IMG/VR virus record: IMGVR_UViG_2974679032_000001
Span: 8,218-72,217 of that record
Origin: a virus
Lineage: Duplodnaviria > Caudoviricetes
Reading direction: 5' to 3' (one strand)
DNA: 64,000 bases
Shown here one piece after another: positions 9,711 through 20,400 of the stretch. The notes beneath the pieces are model-generated. The model was not told the DNA's origin, did not search any database, and was given only the letters and a program-made list of their open reading frames with translations. The translations under genes and the position numbers were made by a program. Every line of letters starts with the position of its first letter. Position 1 is the first letter of the stretch.

Positions 9711-10511
9711 ATGGGTGCCACCTTCCCCCTCGTCAAGGGCAAGACGCTGCGCCTGACCAAGATCAACGGCTGCGGGATGCCCATCGCGGGCGCTCGCAAT
9801 CGCCTGGTGACCAACGGCTACGTCAGCCTTGGCCTCACCGCGGTCATGCGCGATGCCGACGACCTGACCCAGACCAACGCCGAGGGCAAGGAGTGCGTGG
9901 CTGATCGCACCGAGCCGGAGCGCCGCTGGTACACCCCGGCCCTGGAGCTGTGCAACGTGGACCCCGATGTGGTCACGATGCTCACCGGCTGGGAGACCGT
10001 GCTCGACGCGGCTGGCGAGGTGGTCGGGTTCCGCGACGACAAGAAGATCGAGAGCGACTACGGCGTGGCGTTCGAGCTGTGGACCTCGGGCAAGTCCGAG
10101 GACGACTGCCCCGACATCCCGACCTCGGACGCGATCCTGACCGACCTCTCGGCGGGCCGCAAGTACGGCTACTTCCTGTTCGGCGGGACCGAGTGGGTGC
10201 CGGGTGACATCACCATCGGCAGCTCCATCGCCACGCTCACGCTGACCGGCCGGACCATCGCGCTGCCGCACTGGGGCCGGGGTCCGTACAACGTCACCGT
10301 GGACGACGAGGGCAACCCGGTTCGCCTCCTGGAGCCGACCAGCAAGAAGGAGCACCTGACCGTGTTCCGCACGCCGCTGGCTCCGCCGGACGCGACCGAC
10401 GGCGCGGTGGCCCTGGCCACCAGCACGATCTTCACCGGCACGAACTACTACTACGGCGGTCCGGCCTCCGAGCCTGCGATTGACGAGGCTCCGGCTCAGG
10501 TGGCTGCCTAA
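9711..10511 (+). CDS. major tail protein
   Basis: AGGAGG RBS. 'VKGKTLRLTKINGCG' and 'LELCNVDP' resemble cluster-B-like tail tube proteins. Followed by a terminator. Confidence 0.8.
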   Translation: MGATFPLVKGKTLRLTKINGCGMPIAGARNRLVTNGYVSLGLTAVMRDADDLTQTNAEGKECVADRTEPERRWYTPALELCNVDPDVVTMLTGWETVLDAAGEVVGFRDDKKIESDYGVAFELWTSGKSEDDCPDIPTSDAILTDLSAGRKYGYFLFGGTEWVPGDITIGSSIATLTLTGRTIALPHWGRGPYNVTVDDEGNPVRLLEPTSKKEHLTVFRTPLAPPDATDGAVALATSTIFTGTNYYYGGPASEPAIDEAPAQVAA

Positions 10512-10529
10512 GCCGCTACCGAACGGCGA

Positions 10530-10567
10530 ACCGGCCCCGAGGGATTCCCTCGGGGCCGGTCTCGTTT
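10530..10567. terminator. probable bidirectional terminator
   Basis: 14-bp perfect stem ACCGGCCCCGAGGG / CCCTCGGGGCCGGT between convergent genes. Confidence 0.8.
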
Positions 10568-10572
10568 GGCGC

Positions 10573-11076
10573 TCAGCTGGCCAGCGGGGCGATCTTCCCG
10601 GCTGTGCGAACCAGCGAGGAGGCGGTGCCGCGCTGGTAGCCGATGCCCGGCGATGCCTCGAACACGTCCATCAGCTCGATCCAAGGGTCGCAATCGTCGC
10701 CCTCCTCGTTGATGAAGGTGACGGCCTCCCAGAGCGGGCGGAAGTACGCGCCGGGGAGCATGGCCTCGATGGAGCGCGGGGCCAGGGCCACCAGCTGATC
10801 CACCAGCTCGTCGCGGCCGACGCAACCGGCCTGGCCCATCTTGGTGTCATACGGCGAGAGCACCGCGTCCAGCTCGACCAGGCCGTGCTCGGCCGAGAGG
10901 ATCATCACCTTGGTGGACTGACTCATCACGCGCTCGTTGTCGATGGCCTCGGTCTGAGCGGCGGCGAGCATGTGGCGGAAGTTCGCGCTGTCGTAGAGCT
11001 TGGCGGCGGGAGCCGGGCGGTCCAGCTTGGCGGCGGCGCAAGGGATGATGACCAGCGTCTCGGCGTAGGTGCTCAT
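10573..11076 (-). CDS. DUF6884/YaaA-like domain protein
   Basis: Motifs 'IIPCAAAK', 'AAKLYDS..F' and 'ILSAEHGLV....LSPYD'. Has its own promoter and leader. Confidence 0.7.
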   Translation of the reverse strand: MSTYAETLVIIPCAAAKLDRPAPAAKLYDSANFRHMLAAAQTEAIDNERVMSQSTKVMILSAEHGLVELDAVLSPYDTKMGQAGCVGRDELVDQLVALAPRSIEAMLPGAYFRPLWEAVTFINEEGDDCDPWIELMDVFEASPGIGYQRGTASSLVRTAGKIAPLAS

Positions 11077-11092
11077 CGTGTCGATCTCCGAT

Positions 11093-11152
11093 CTCCGGCG
11101 GGGCGATCCCGCCTACCCCTCTGAATATACCGACTTGGGAGGGCAAGCACAC
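11093..11152 (-). promoter_or_regulatory. leftward promoter plus conserved hairpin leader (copy 1)
   Basis: Minus strand reads GTGTGC-17nt-TATATT then GTAGGCGGGATCGCCCCGCCGGAG. Confidence 0.75.
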
Positions 11153-11195
11153 GTCGGTTCCGAGATCGGCCACCGCGCCGCGATACGCTGGCCGG

Positions 11196-11966
11196 GTGCC
11201 CACCTTCGACTGGCCCATCGACCGGACCCCGCTGCCCGATCTCCCGGCCGTCGGCGACGATCCCCAGAACCCGACGCCGGAGTACAAGACGGCGCTGATC
11301 GAGCGCAACGCCGCCGAGAGCCTGGCCGTCCAGGTGATGTTCGCGCTCTCCGGCCGACAGTTCGGCCTCTACTCGAACACCGTGCGGCCATGCCGCCAGC
11401 CGCTCCACCAGGACTGGCGCGGGTTCGCCCCAGGCGGGGTGACCTCCTACCTGCTCAGCTGGGAGGGCGACCGCTGGATCAACTGGAGCTGCGGCTGCAT
11501 CGGCTCCTGCAAGGAGACCGGCCCCAACGTAGTCCATCTCCCCGGCCCGGTCTATGACGTGACCAGCGTGAAGATCGCGGGCGCTGAGCTGCCAGCCGAT
11601 CAGTGGGCGCTGGAGGAGAACAAGCTCTACCGCCGCACCGCGCCCTGGCCACCCCAGGACTTGAACCGGCCAGCCGGTGACGCCAACACCTGGAGCGTGA
11701 CCTACCGGCGCGGCATCCCGGTCCCGGCGGGCGGCGCGGAGCTGACCGGCATCCTGGCGAAGGAGTTCCTGGCCGCGATCAACTCCGGCGAGGGCAAGTG
11801 CCGCCTGCCGCGCACGGTCACCGCGGTCTCGCGCCAGGGCGTGAGTTACCGGGCCTACGATCCGGCCGTGATCTATGCCAACGGCAAGACCGGCCTGCCC
11901 GAGGTCGATCTCTGGCTGGCCTCGATCAACCCCAACCACCTCCTCGCCGCGCCGACGGTGATCTGA
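11196..11966 (+). CDS. head-to-tail adaptor
   Basis: 'ALSGRQFG', 'CRLPRTVTAVSRQGVS' and 'GKTGLPEVDLWL..INP'; position fits. Confidence 0.75.
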   Translation: MPTFDWPIDRTPLPDLPAVGDDPQNPTPEYKTALIERNAAESLAVQVMFALSGRQFGLYSNTVRPCRQPLHQDWRGFAPGGVTSYLLSWEGDRWINWSCGCIGSCKETGPNVVHLPGPVYDVTSVKIAGAELPADQWALEENKLYRRTAPWPPQDLNRPAGDANTWSVTYRRGIPVPAGGAELTGILAKEFLAAINSGEGKCRLPRTVTAVSRQGVSYRAYDPAVIYANGKTGLPEVDLWLASINPNHLLAAPTVI

Positions 11967-12490
11967 TGGTGGACTGCCGCACCGACCCCGCCCTGGTCGT
12001 GGTCGAGGCCGTCGAGACCGCGCTGCTCGACTGGTTCGGCGCTGGCCAGTGCCCGCCCAAGGTCGGCGTCACCGAGAACGTCCGGCGCTTCGCCGGGGAT
12101 GGCGCTCCGCTGGCCGCGTGGGACTCCCACGCCAGCCAGGGCTGCGAGGAGCCGTTCGTCTGGGTCCGCACGATGCGCCGCTACCGCTCCCAGAGCTTCC
12201 CGGCCCCGGCCATCAACGCCTCGCCGTGCGGGCTGACTCGGGTGGTCGCCGTCGAGCTGGGCGTGGGCTGGTGCGCGGTGGTCGATCAGGAGCCGAGCTG
12301 GAGCGAGTACCGCACCGAGGCCGACATCAGCCAGGACGTGAGCTGGCGGCTGGAGGAGGCCCTCTGCATGGCTGCCAAGCTCATCAGCACCGAGGACGGC
12401 GGGCGTGCAGTGGGCACAGATACGATCGCTCCGTATGGCCCCGAGGGTGGCGTGATCGCCTGGACGGCCGTCCTGTACGCGAGCTTCTGA
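11966..12490 (+). CDS. putative tail terminator / head-tail protein
   Basis: TGATG overlap; C-terminal 'GPEGG' motif; synteny. Confidence 0.55.
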   Translation: MVDCRTDPALVVVEAVETALLDWFGAGQCPPKVGVTENVRRFAGDGAPLAAWDSHASQGCEEPFVWVRTMRRYRSQSFPAPAINASPCGLTRVVAVELGVGWCAVVDQEPSWSEYRTEADISQDVSWRLEEALCMAAKLISTEDGGRAVGTDTIAPYGPEGGVIAWTAVLYASF

Positions 12491-12501
12491 GAGGGATAGA
12501 C

Positions 12502-12831
12502 ATGGCCAAGATCGTCATCGAGGGATCAATCACCCCGGCTGCTGGCCTGGCGCGCGGCGAGCGCCGCGAGGTCCAGGACTCCAAGGAGGTGCGGGCCTAC
12601 GTCGCCAAGGGGTTCGCCAACGTGGTGGACGAGGAGAGCGGCGAGGTCGAGGCGGCTCCGCTGCCCGACCCGATCAAGCCTCCGGCCAAGAACGCCAGCA
12701 CCGAGAAGTGGGCCGAGTTCGTCGGCGAGCATACCGACATCGAGGTGGCGGGCAAGGACCGCGAGGAGCTGCAAGCCGCCTACGACGACTTCGTGGCCCG
12801 CTCCGGCGCTCCCGCCGCTGACGAGTCCTGA
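12502..12831 (+). CDS. hypothetical structural-region protein
   Basis: GAGGGA RBS; strong codon bias. Confidence 0.75.
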   Translation: MAKIVIEGSITPAAGLARGERREVQDSKEVRAYVAKGFANVVDEESGEVEAAPLPDPIKPPAKNASTEKWAEFVGEHTDIEVAGKDREELQAAYDDFVARSGAPAADES

Positions 12832-13265
12832 TGGCGGCGCGGGCCACCGCGCGCATCCACATTGACGAGGCGCGCCTGGAGCGCCAGACCGGCGTGATGC
12901 TCCGGCGCAAGCACCGGAGCCTGACCCGGCGCATCGCCAACCAGGCGCGAGCGGCGGTGCCAGTGCGCACCGGGAACCTCGGCCGGACCATCGGCGAGAT
13001 GCCCCAGCACTACACCCCGTTCCATGTGAGCGGCGGCGTGGAGGCCACGGCCAACTACGCCGCGCCTGTCCATGAGGGCAGCCGCCCGCATCTCATCCGC
13101 GCCCGCCATGCTCAGTACCTCCACTTCTTCTGGCACGGCCGGGAGGTGTTCCGCAAGAGCGTCTGGCATCCCGGCACGCGCGCCCGGCCGTTCCTGCGCA
13201 CCTCGGCGACTAGGGTGGCGGCTCAAGACCCCGACATCCGCCTTGAGTACGTCGAGCTGGATTGA
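12831..13265 (+). CDS. HK97 gp10-like head-tail/tail completion protein
   Basis: 'PVRTGNLGRTI', 'YAAPVHEG' and 'HPGTRARPFL' motifs. Confidence 0.75.
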   Translation: MAARATARIHIDEARLERQTGVMLRRKHRSLTRRIANQARAAVPVRTGNLGRTIGEMPQHYTPFHVSGGVEATANYAAPVHEGSRPHLIRARHAQYLHFFWHGREVFRKSVWHPGTRARPFLRTSATRVAAQDPDIRLEYVELD

Positions 13266-13272
13266 GAACCTG

Positions 13273-13713
13273 ATGCGCCTCGGATTGATCGCTGCGATGC
13301 TCGCCGCACTGGTGAGCTTCGCCGCCCCGGCCCACGCCGACAGCCCGTTCCATTGCCCTTACCCGGCGGTCTCGATGGGCGCTGATGTGCTCGGCGGCGA
13401 GGGCGAGTTCTGCGACTACCCGACCGAGGCCAACGGCGCGCACATGCACTGTGAGGCGGGCGGGTTCCACGCGGGCGGCATCGGCCTGGCGGGCGGCGAC
13501 ATCTTCAACTTCGGCCTGCTCTCCAACGCTGGCGCGGGCGGCTACAGCTGCACCTGGCGCTGCCCCGACAACTCGCTGGCGCTCGCGCCCAACCCGCCTG
13601 GCCAGTGGCGCGAGAAGATCGTGCTCACCGCCGAGACCAACGACTGCCGCGATCACATGGCCCCGGCCGGGAGCTGGAGCGCGCCGCCGCCGGGCGCGGT
13701 GCCGAACGACTGA
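13273..13713 (+). CDS. secreted cysteine-rich protein
   Basis: Signal peptide MRLGLIAAMLAALVSFAAPAHA|D; 6 Cys. Confidence 0.7.
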   Translation: MRLGLIAAMLAALVSFAAPAHADSPFHCPYPAVSMGADVLGGEGEFCDYPTEANGAHMHCEAGGFHAGGIGLAGGDIFNFGLLSNAGAGGYSCTWRCPDNSLALAPNPPGQWREKIVLTAETNDCRDHMAPAGSWSAPPPGAVPND

Positions 13714-13779
13714 GTTCCCCGCCCTTCTCGGGCATGGTGGTATGGTCGCGTCGATGGCCTCGGACAGAAGGATCACTCT

Positions 13780-14460
13780 ATGACCACGTTCAACGCTGAC
13801 GGCTCCACCGGCCCCGCCGACGCCCAGCTGGCTCCGCCGCCCGATCTCACCGACCACGCCCAGGAGGATCGCCCGGCCATGACCGACGCCGAGCGCGCCG
13901 AGCTGGCCGCGAGGGTGAAGGGCACCGCGACCCCGCGCACTCCCGAGGAGCGCGCCGCGCTGCTCACCGAGGACGAGCGCCGGGCCGACTACGCCGCCGC
14001 CAAGAGCCGCCAGCTGGCGGGCCTCGATCCCCAGCCCGGCGATGACGAGAAGCTCGCCGACGATCCCGACGCCGACCCCACCGTGGTCGAGGCCGAGGGG
14101 CCGGGCACCACCATCGCCCTCGCGCCGACCGTCGATGTCTCCAAGCTCGGCGAGGACTGGCCCTACGACTGGCTGGAGTTCAAGGGCGACAAGCTGGGCA
14201 TCCGGCTGCCGACCCGCCAGGCGCTCGCCGCCTTCTCGCTGGCCAGCTCCAAGTACGTCAGCCTGGGCGTCAAGAACGACCTCACCGGCCTGTTCATCGC
14301 CCGCCACCTCTCGCCGGAGAGCTACGGCCGGGTGTTCTCCCGGCTGATGGACCCCGACGAGAACGACTACGACGTGGACACGGTGGGCGAGCTGTTCAAC
14401 GCCATCGTGATGGCTGCCGTCAACGCTGATAAGCCAGCGACCCCCGACGCTGCCAAGTAA
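13780..14460 (+). CDS. tail assembly chaperone (G-type)
   Basis: Immediately upstream of the tape measure; acidic and helical; GAAGGA RBS. Confidence 0.7.
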   Translation: MTTFNADGSTGPADAQLAPPPDLTDHAQEDRPAMTDAERAELAARVKGTATPRTPEERAALLTEDERRADYAAAKSRQLAGLDPQPGDDEKLADDPDADPTVVEAEGPGTTIALAPTVDVSKLGEDWPYDWLEFKGDKLGIRLPTRQALAAFSLASSKYVSLGVKNDLTGLFIARHLSPESYGRVFSRLMDPDENDYDVDTVGELFNAIVMAAVNADKPATPDAAK

Positions 14461-14488
14461 TCCCACGTCACTGCGATAGCCTGACCGG

Positions 14489-17400
14489 GTGACCGATGTC
14501 GGCAAGATCAGCCTGGGCGTTGAGCTTGACGCCAGCGATCTGTCGGCGAAGCTGGGCGAGGCGGTGCGCCGGGCCATCGCCCCGGCCCTGGCGGAGATTC
14601 AGCGCGAGCTAAACGCCGTCCAGCGCGAGTACGAGCAGACCAGCCGCTCGGCGGAGAAGTCCGGCTCGGCTCAGGCAGCTGCGGCCAAGATCGCCGCCGA
14701 TGCCGTCCACAACGTGGGCGAGGAGACCGACAAGGTAGCCGCCAAGACGCGGGTGGCCTCGGGCGTGAGCGCCCGCTCGATCAACGCCGTTACGCGGGCC
14801 TGGGAGAAGCAGACAGCCGCCATCGCGGCCAACACTGCCGCCAGGGCGGCAAACGCCGCTACGCCCACAGGAGGCGGTCCTGGGGGCGGTTCTGGTGGCG
14901 GCTCGGGAGGCGGCGGGCCTCCACGGCGCGGCGGTCCCGGTGACATCCACCGGGGCGGGTTCCTCCAGGGCGGGCGTGGCCGGTTCGGGTTCCTGACCTC
15001 CGGCCCCGGCCTCAACCTGATGGCGCTGGGCATCGGCTCGTTCCCAGCTGCGGCCACCGCCGTCACCAACCTCACCGCGTCCATCGAGCAGCTGGCGGGC
15101 GCGGGCCTCGCGCTGCCCGGCATCTATGGCGCGGCGGCGGCGTCGATTGGCACCGCGGTGCTCGGGTTCCACGGCATGGGCGATGCCGTCAAGGCGCTCA
15201 CCGAGGCGATGAAGTCCGGCGATCCCAAGGACTTCGAGAAGGCCACCGAGGCGATGAAGGACATGGACCCAGCCGCTCAGGCTGTGGCCAAGACCGTCGC
15301 CGGGCTGGTGCGTGGCCCGCTCCTCGATCTCCAGAAGATGGTGGCCGGGCGGATGTTCGCCGGGTTCGACACCGATCTCCAGCAGACCGCCGACAAGGTG
15401 ATCCCCCGGCTCTCGGGGCGGCTCGGCGAGCTGGGCACCGCCTGGAACGGCACGCTCAAGGCGATCACCAGCTCGATGCGGGACAACCGCAACCTCAACC
15501 TGCTCGACGGCATCCTCGGCGATACCGCCACGGCTCAGACCAAGATCAACCAGAAGGTCATCGCGCCGCTCACCCACGCGCTGCTCGTCCTGACCAAGGG
15601 CGGGACCGGCGTGCTGCCGCGCCTGGCCGACGGCCTCGCGGCCGGGGCCGAGCGGTTCGACCGCTTCATCACCCACGCCGCCGAGACCGGCCAGCTGGCC
15701 AAGTGGATCAACGACGGCGTGACCGGGATGCACCAGCTCGCCGAGAGCGCGCTCAACATCCTCAAGGTCATCCACAACCTCGACCAGGCCGCGACCGGCG
15801 GTGGGTTCCTGCCCTGGCTCCAGAAGGCCACCGGCCAGCTGGCCGCGCTCACCGGCTCGGCCTCTGGCCAGTCGGCGCTCACGCAGTTCTTCAAGGACGG
15901 CCGCGAGCAGATGGAGCAGTGGGGTCCGATCTTGCTCGACCTGGGCAAGGTGCTGCTGGACATCTATAAGGCCAGCCACATGTGGGCGGAGATTCTCCTC
16001 CCGTTCCTACACACCGCGCTCGATCTACTGACCAAGTTCCCCGGCCTGATCACCGCCGCCGGGGTGGCGCTGCTGGCCTGGAAAACCTCCACGATCTTCA
16101 AGCCGCTCATCGCGGGCCTGGACTCGGCTATCGGCAGGTTCGGCCAGCTGGAGGCGGCGGCGGTCAACGCGGGCACCGCCGTGGCTGGCGGGGCCGGTGG
16201 GTCACGACGCCAGCGGATCGCAGGCGGTGCCCGCGCCGGGCTGGGCGCGCTCGGCTCGACCAAGGGCCTCCTCGGGCTGGGGTTCATGGCGGGCGGCACG
16301 ATGGAGCAGCTCAACGCCGACTCGACCGGCGACAAGGTGATCGGCGCGCTCTCCACGGTGGGCGGCTCGGCGCTGACCGGCGCGGCCATCGGCTCGGTGA
16401 TCCCCGGCGTCGGCACCGCCATCGGTGCGGCCGGTGGCGCGGCGGTGGGCGCGGCGCTGGCGGGCGTCAACTTCTTGCTGGGCGAGAACGCCCAGAAGTC
16501 GCGCGAGGCCGCAGCTGCCCAGGCGGAGTACCAGGCCAGCCTCCAGCAGAGCGCGGCGGCGCTCGCGGGCCTCCAGCAAGCCCAGAAGGACGTGAACGAC
16601 TCGCTCCTGACCTCCAAGGGCGATCTCACCGACGCGGGCGTCCAGGGCGCAATCGCCCAGAACCTCGGCGCGCTGCCGGACTCGATCAAGAGCCACTACG
16701 GCGAGCAGACGGCGAAGGGGTTCTCGGAGTCCCTCGGGCGGCTCGGGCTGTCCAACGCCGAGCTGGCCCAGCAGATCACCGGGGCGCAGCCACAGTTCGA
16801 CGCCCTGGAGACCAACCTGCGGATGATGGGGCCGGACGGCGCGTTCGCCGCCCAGCAGCTCCAGCAGATGCGCGACCAGATTCTCGGGATGCAGGGCGCG
16901 GCTCAGACCGCCGCTCCGGCGATGGATCAGCTCGCCCAGGCCCTCCACCTCCCCGGCGCGGCCGACGCGGTGGCGGCGGTCAAGACCGCGGTGGAGTCGA
17001 TCCCCAAGGATGTCCCGATCACGATGGACATGCCCAACGCTCCGGCGGTGGTGGACATCCTGCGCGGGATGGGCGAGCAGATCGACATCGTGGATGGCAA
17101 GCCCATCGTGCTCAACCCCGACGACGCCAAGGTGAAGGAGGCCGACGCCGCCCTGGAGGCGCTCGGCGTCAAGATCACCCACCTCCCCGACGGCTCGATC
17201 AAGGTGAGCATCGACCCGCTGGCGCTCCAGCGCGCTCAGATGGACATGAACTCCTTCTTTGCGCAGTACACGAACATGATTCTCCACCCCGAGATTCAGC
17301 CGCACATGGACACCAGCCAGCCGCCGCCGGGGCCGATTCCCGGCGGGCCTCCGCTGCCTCCGGCGCTGGGCGGCTGGGATACCGGCGGGCACGCCAGCGG

Positions 17401-20400
17401 TGGCGTGTTCCCCGGCTACGCGCCTGGCCGGGACTCGCTGTGGGCGCGCGTCTCGCCGGGCGAGGGCGTGCTGATCCCCGAGGCCGTGCGCGGTCTGGGC
17501 GGCTCGGCGGGCGTCTACGCGATCAACTCGATGTTCCGCTCGAACCTGAGCCGCCGGGGATACGCCAACGGCGGCATCGTCGGGTTCGATGACGGCGGCG
17601 TCCAGACCCACCTCGACCCCAACTTCTTGGGGCCGGGGCCGGGCAATGCCTCGGAGCCGAACTACGCCAAGGGCATTTACGACATCCTCTCCGGCCGTGA
17701 GCTGGCCCCGATGGGTCCGCTGACCAAGCTCACCAGCGACCAGATGAAGTACATGGCCGATCAGCGCGTGGCCAAGCTGCCCGGCATGAGCGGCGGCGGC
17801 ATCGGCCCGTTCGGCACTCCGATCAAGCCCAAGAACCGGGCCTACGACGCGATGGCCGGGGCGCTCCAGGCCCTCGGGTTCAAGCCGGAGGAGATCATCG
17901 GGGAGAACCCGGTGGACTACTTCGAGAAGGCGTTCACCGACCAGATGCAGGCCCAGCAGCAGGCGATGACCAGCGCGGGCCAGGGCGGCGCGCTGGGCGC
18001 TGGCGGGATGAGTCCGGCCAACGCGGGCCAGATCGCCGCCGCGCTGGTGGCCTTCTCGCACTCGGGCAATCTGGCCGACGTATCGAGCATCGGCCTTAAC
18101 GCCAACTCGCCGGTCATCACCGCGATCACGTCGGCTCGGAACAAGAAGGGCGGGCTGGCCGACGACCAGATCGCCGAGCTTATCCAGCAGATCATCGGCG
18201 GGCCGGGCTACCAGGGCGTGCTCGACACCCAGAACTCCTCCATCGTCAAGAGCCTCCAGAGCTTCCACGACCAGATGGTCAAGAAGGGCGGGGTGCCCGG
18301 CGCGGCTCCCGGCATGGGCGGGCTGCCCGGCGCGGCTGGCGCGGGCGGGCTGAACTTCGACGCGCTGATGAAGCTGGAGGCGGGCAGCAGCGGCGGCTGG
18401 CAGGCCAACACCGGCAATGGGTACTTCGGCGGTCTCCAGTTCGATCAGGGCACCTGGGACCAGTACAAGCTCCCAGGGTTCCCGGCGCGCGCCGACCAGG
18501 CCACCCGCGAGCAGCAGATTCAGGCGGCGATGAACGCGCTGGGCCAGGGCCGCACGCCGCAGAGCCTCTGGCCCGCCAACTACTCCGCGCTCCAGCAGCC
18601 CGGCGCGACCAACGTGACCGGCGGGCTGCCCGGCGCTGGCCAGACCCCGTTCCCGGCGGTGGCCGGTGGCGTGCCCAGCGGGATGACCGCCGACGCGATG
18701 GGCCTGATTACCTTCGCCCAGCGCGCCAGCGGCGGGGCCTACAAGTGGGGCGCGAGCGACCTGGCGGCTGGCCTGAGCGACTGCTCGGGCGCGGTCTCCG
18801 ATCTGGTCGAGCTGATCACCAAGGGCCAGGCCACCCCCGAGCGGCTGTTCGACACCCACTCCGCTGGCGGCGTGCTCGCCGGGCTGGGCGCGGTCCAGGG
18901 CGCGGTGCCCGGCATGTTGCAGATCGGCTGGTCCGACGAGCACATGCGCGCCACGCTGCCCAACGGCGTCAACTTCGAGAGCGGCGGCGCGACTGGCCAG
19001 GGCGCGACCTACGGCGGCAATGCCAAGGGCGCGGCCGGTATGCCCAACATCATGTCGCTGCCGGTGACCGGCGGCGCGGCCGGGATGTACGGCGCTGGCG
19101 GGATGGGTGGCCTCGGCGGCGCTGGCGGCGTCGTGCCGGTCTACGTCACCAACTTCGGCCAGGGCGCGAACATGGCCCCGCTGTTCAAGCCGCTCGCCGA
19201 CGGCCTCGCGGCCGGTGGCCAGGAGGCGGCGGGCAATGTCATCGGCGACCTCGGCGCGGGCATCAGCTCGGCGATCCAGACCCCGGCCGACCAGCGCAAG
19301 CCCAACGCGCAGCTGGCCGACCTGGTGGCCGAGCACAACCCGATGGCGCTGGCGGCGGCGCTCGGGATCAACGTCCAAGACTTCACCCGCCAGGGCGGGG
19401 CCGGGCCGGACGCGGTGACCCAGGCGGGCGGCTACGACGCCAGCGGGCGGCTGTTCTCCGACACCGCCGGGCTGATCGACCGCACGTTCACCTCGCTCAA
19501 CGCCCAGCTCGACGCGATGAAGCAGCAGCTCACCGACGCCGTGCAACAGGTCGCGGCCAAGCTCAACGACGAGGCCGTCACCCCGATCATCAAGGCGGGC
19601 GTCCAGGAGGCCCTCGGCGATCTCAAGGACTCGGTGCTCAACGGCCTGGGCACCTCCATCGGCCAGGCCGCAGCTCCGCCGATTGCCGATGCCGTCAAGA
19701 GCGCGGTGGCCAGCCTGCCGGTCAACTCCTCGGGCGCGGCCAGCACTGGCGGCACCATCGGCTCCCAGGCGGCGGCTCCGTTCAACACCGCCCTGGGCGG
19801 GCTGTTCGCAGGCGGCGGCGCGGTCTGGGGCGGCATCCCCGGCAAGGACTCGGTGCCCATCCTGGCCCAGCAAGGCGAGTTCGTCCTGGATCGCGGCGAT
19901 GTCGCGCGGATGGGCGGGGTCCACGGCGTCGAGGCGTTCCGCCGGGCGATGGAGAAGCGCGGCGGCATCCGGCACTTCGCCACTGGTGGCGGGGTCAACG
20001 TCAACGATGTGGTCGGCGCGGAGTTCTTCGGGGTCTCCGAGGTGCCCATCATCGGCACCATCGTCAACCTCCTGGTCCGCGTGCTGCTCAAGATGATCGG
20101 CGTGGACATCGAGGCCCGCGACACGATGATGGAGATGAGCGACGACTTCCGCACATTCCGCGGTGATGCGTTCAAGGCGTTCGACGCCCAGGGCCGTCTG
20201 CTCAACGACACCTCGGGCCTGATCGAGCGGTCGAGCACCAGCACCGAGACGGCGGCGGCTGAGCGCATCCGCATCCTCAAGATCGTCATCCAGGCGATCA
20301 TCAAGTACCTCATCGAGAAGGTCATCGTGCCCATCGCCAAGGCGGTGGCCAACTCGGTCATTCAGGCGGGCGCGAGCGCGGCCGGGGCGGCGGTCTCCGG

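Noticed and set aside
14400-14489. Canonical tail-chaperone frameshift just upstream of the tape measure
   Set aside because: No XXXYYYZ slippery heptamer and no T ORF; the tape measure starts 28 nt after the stop.
14870-14940. GGC/GGT-rich repeat-like DNA in the tape measure (also 26720-27200)
   Set aside because: Explained by glycine-rich protein linkers.
16202-19975. 1257-aa minus-strand ORF opposite the tape measure
   Set aside because: Shadow ORF caused by high GC3 bias on the coding strand; no RBS or recognisable motifs.
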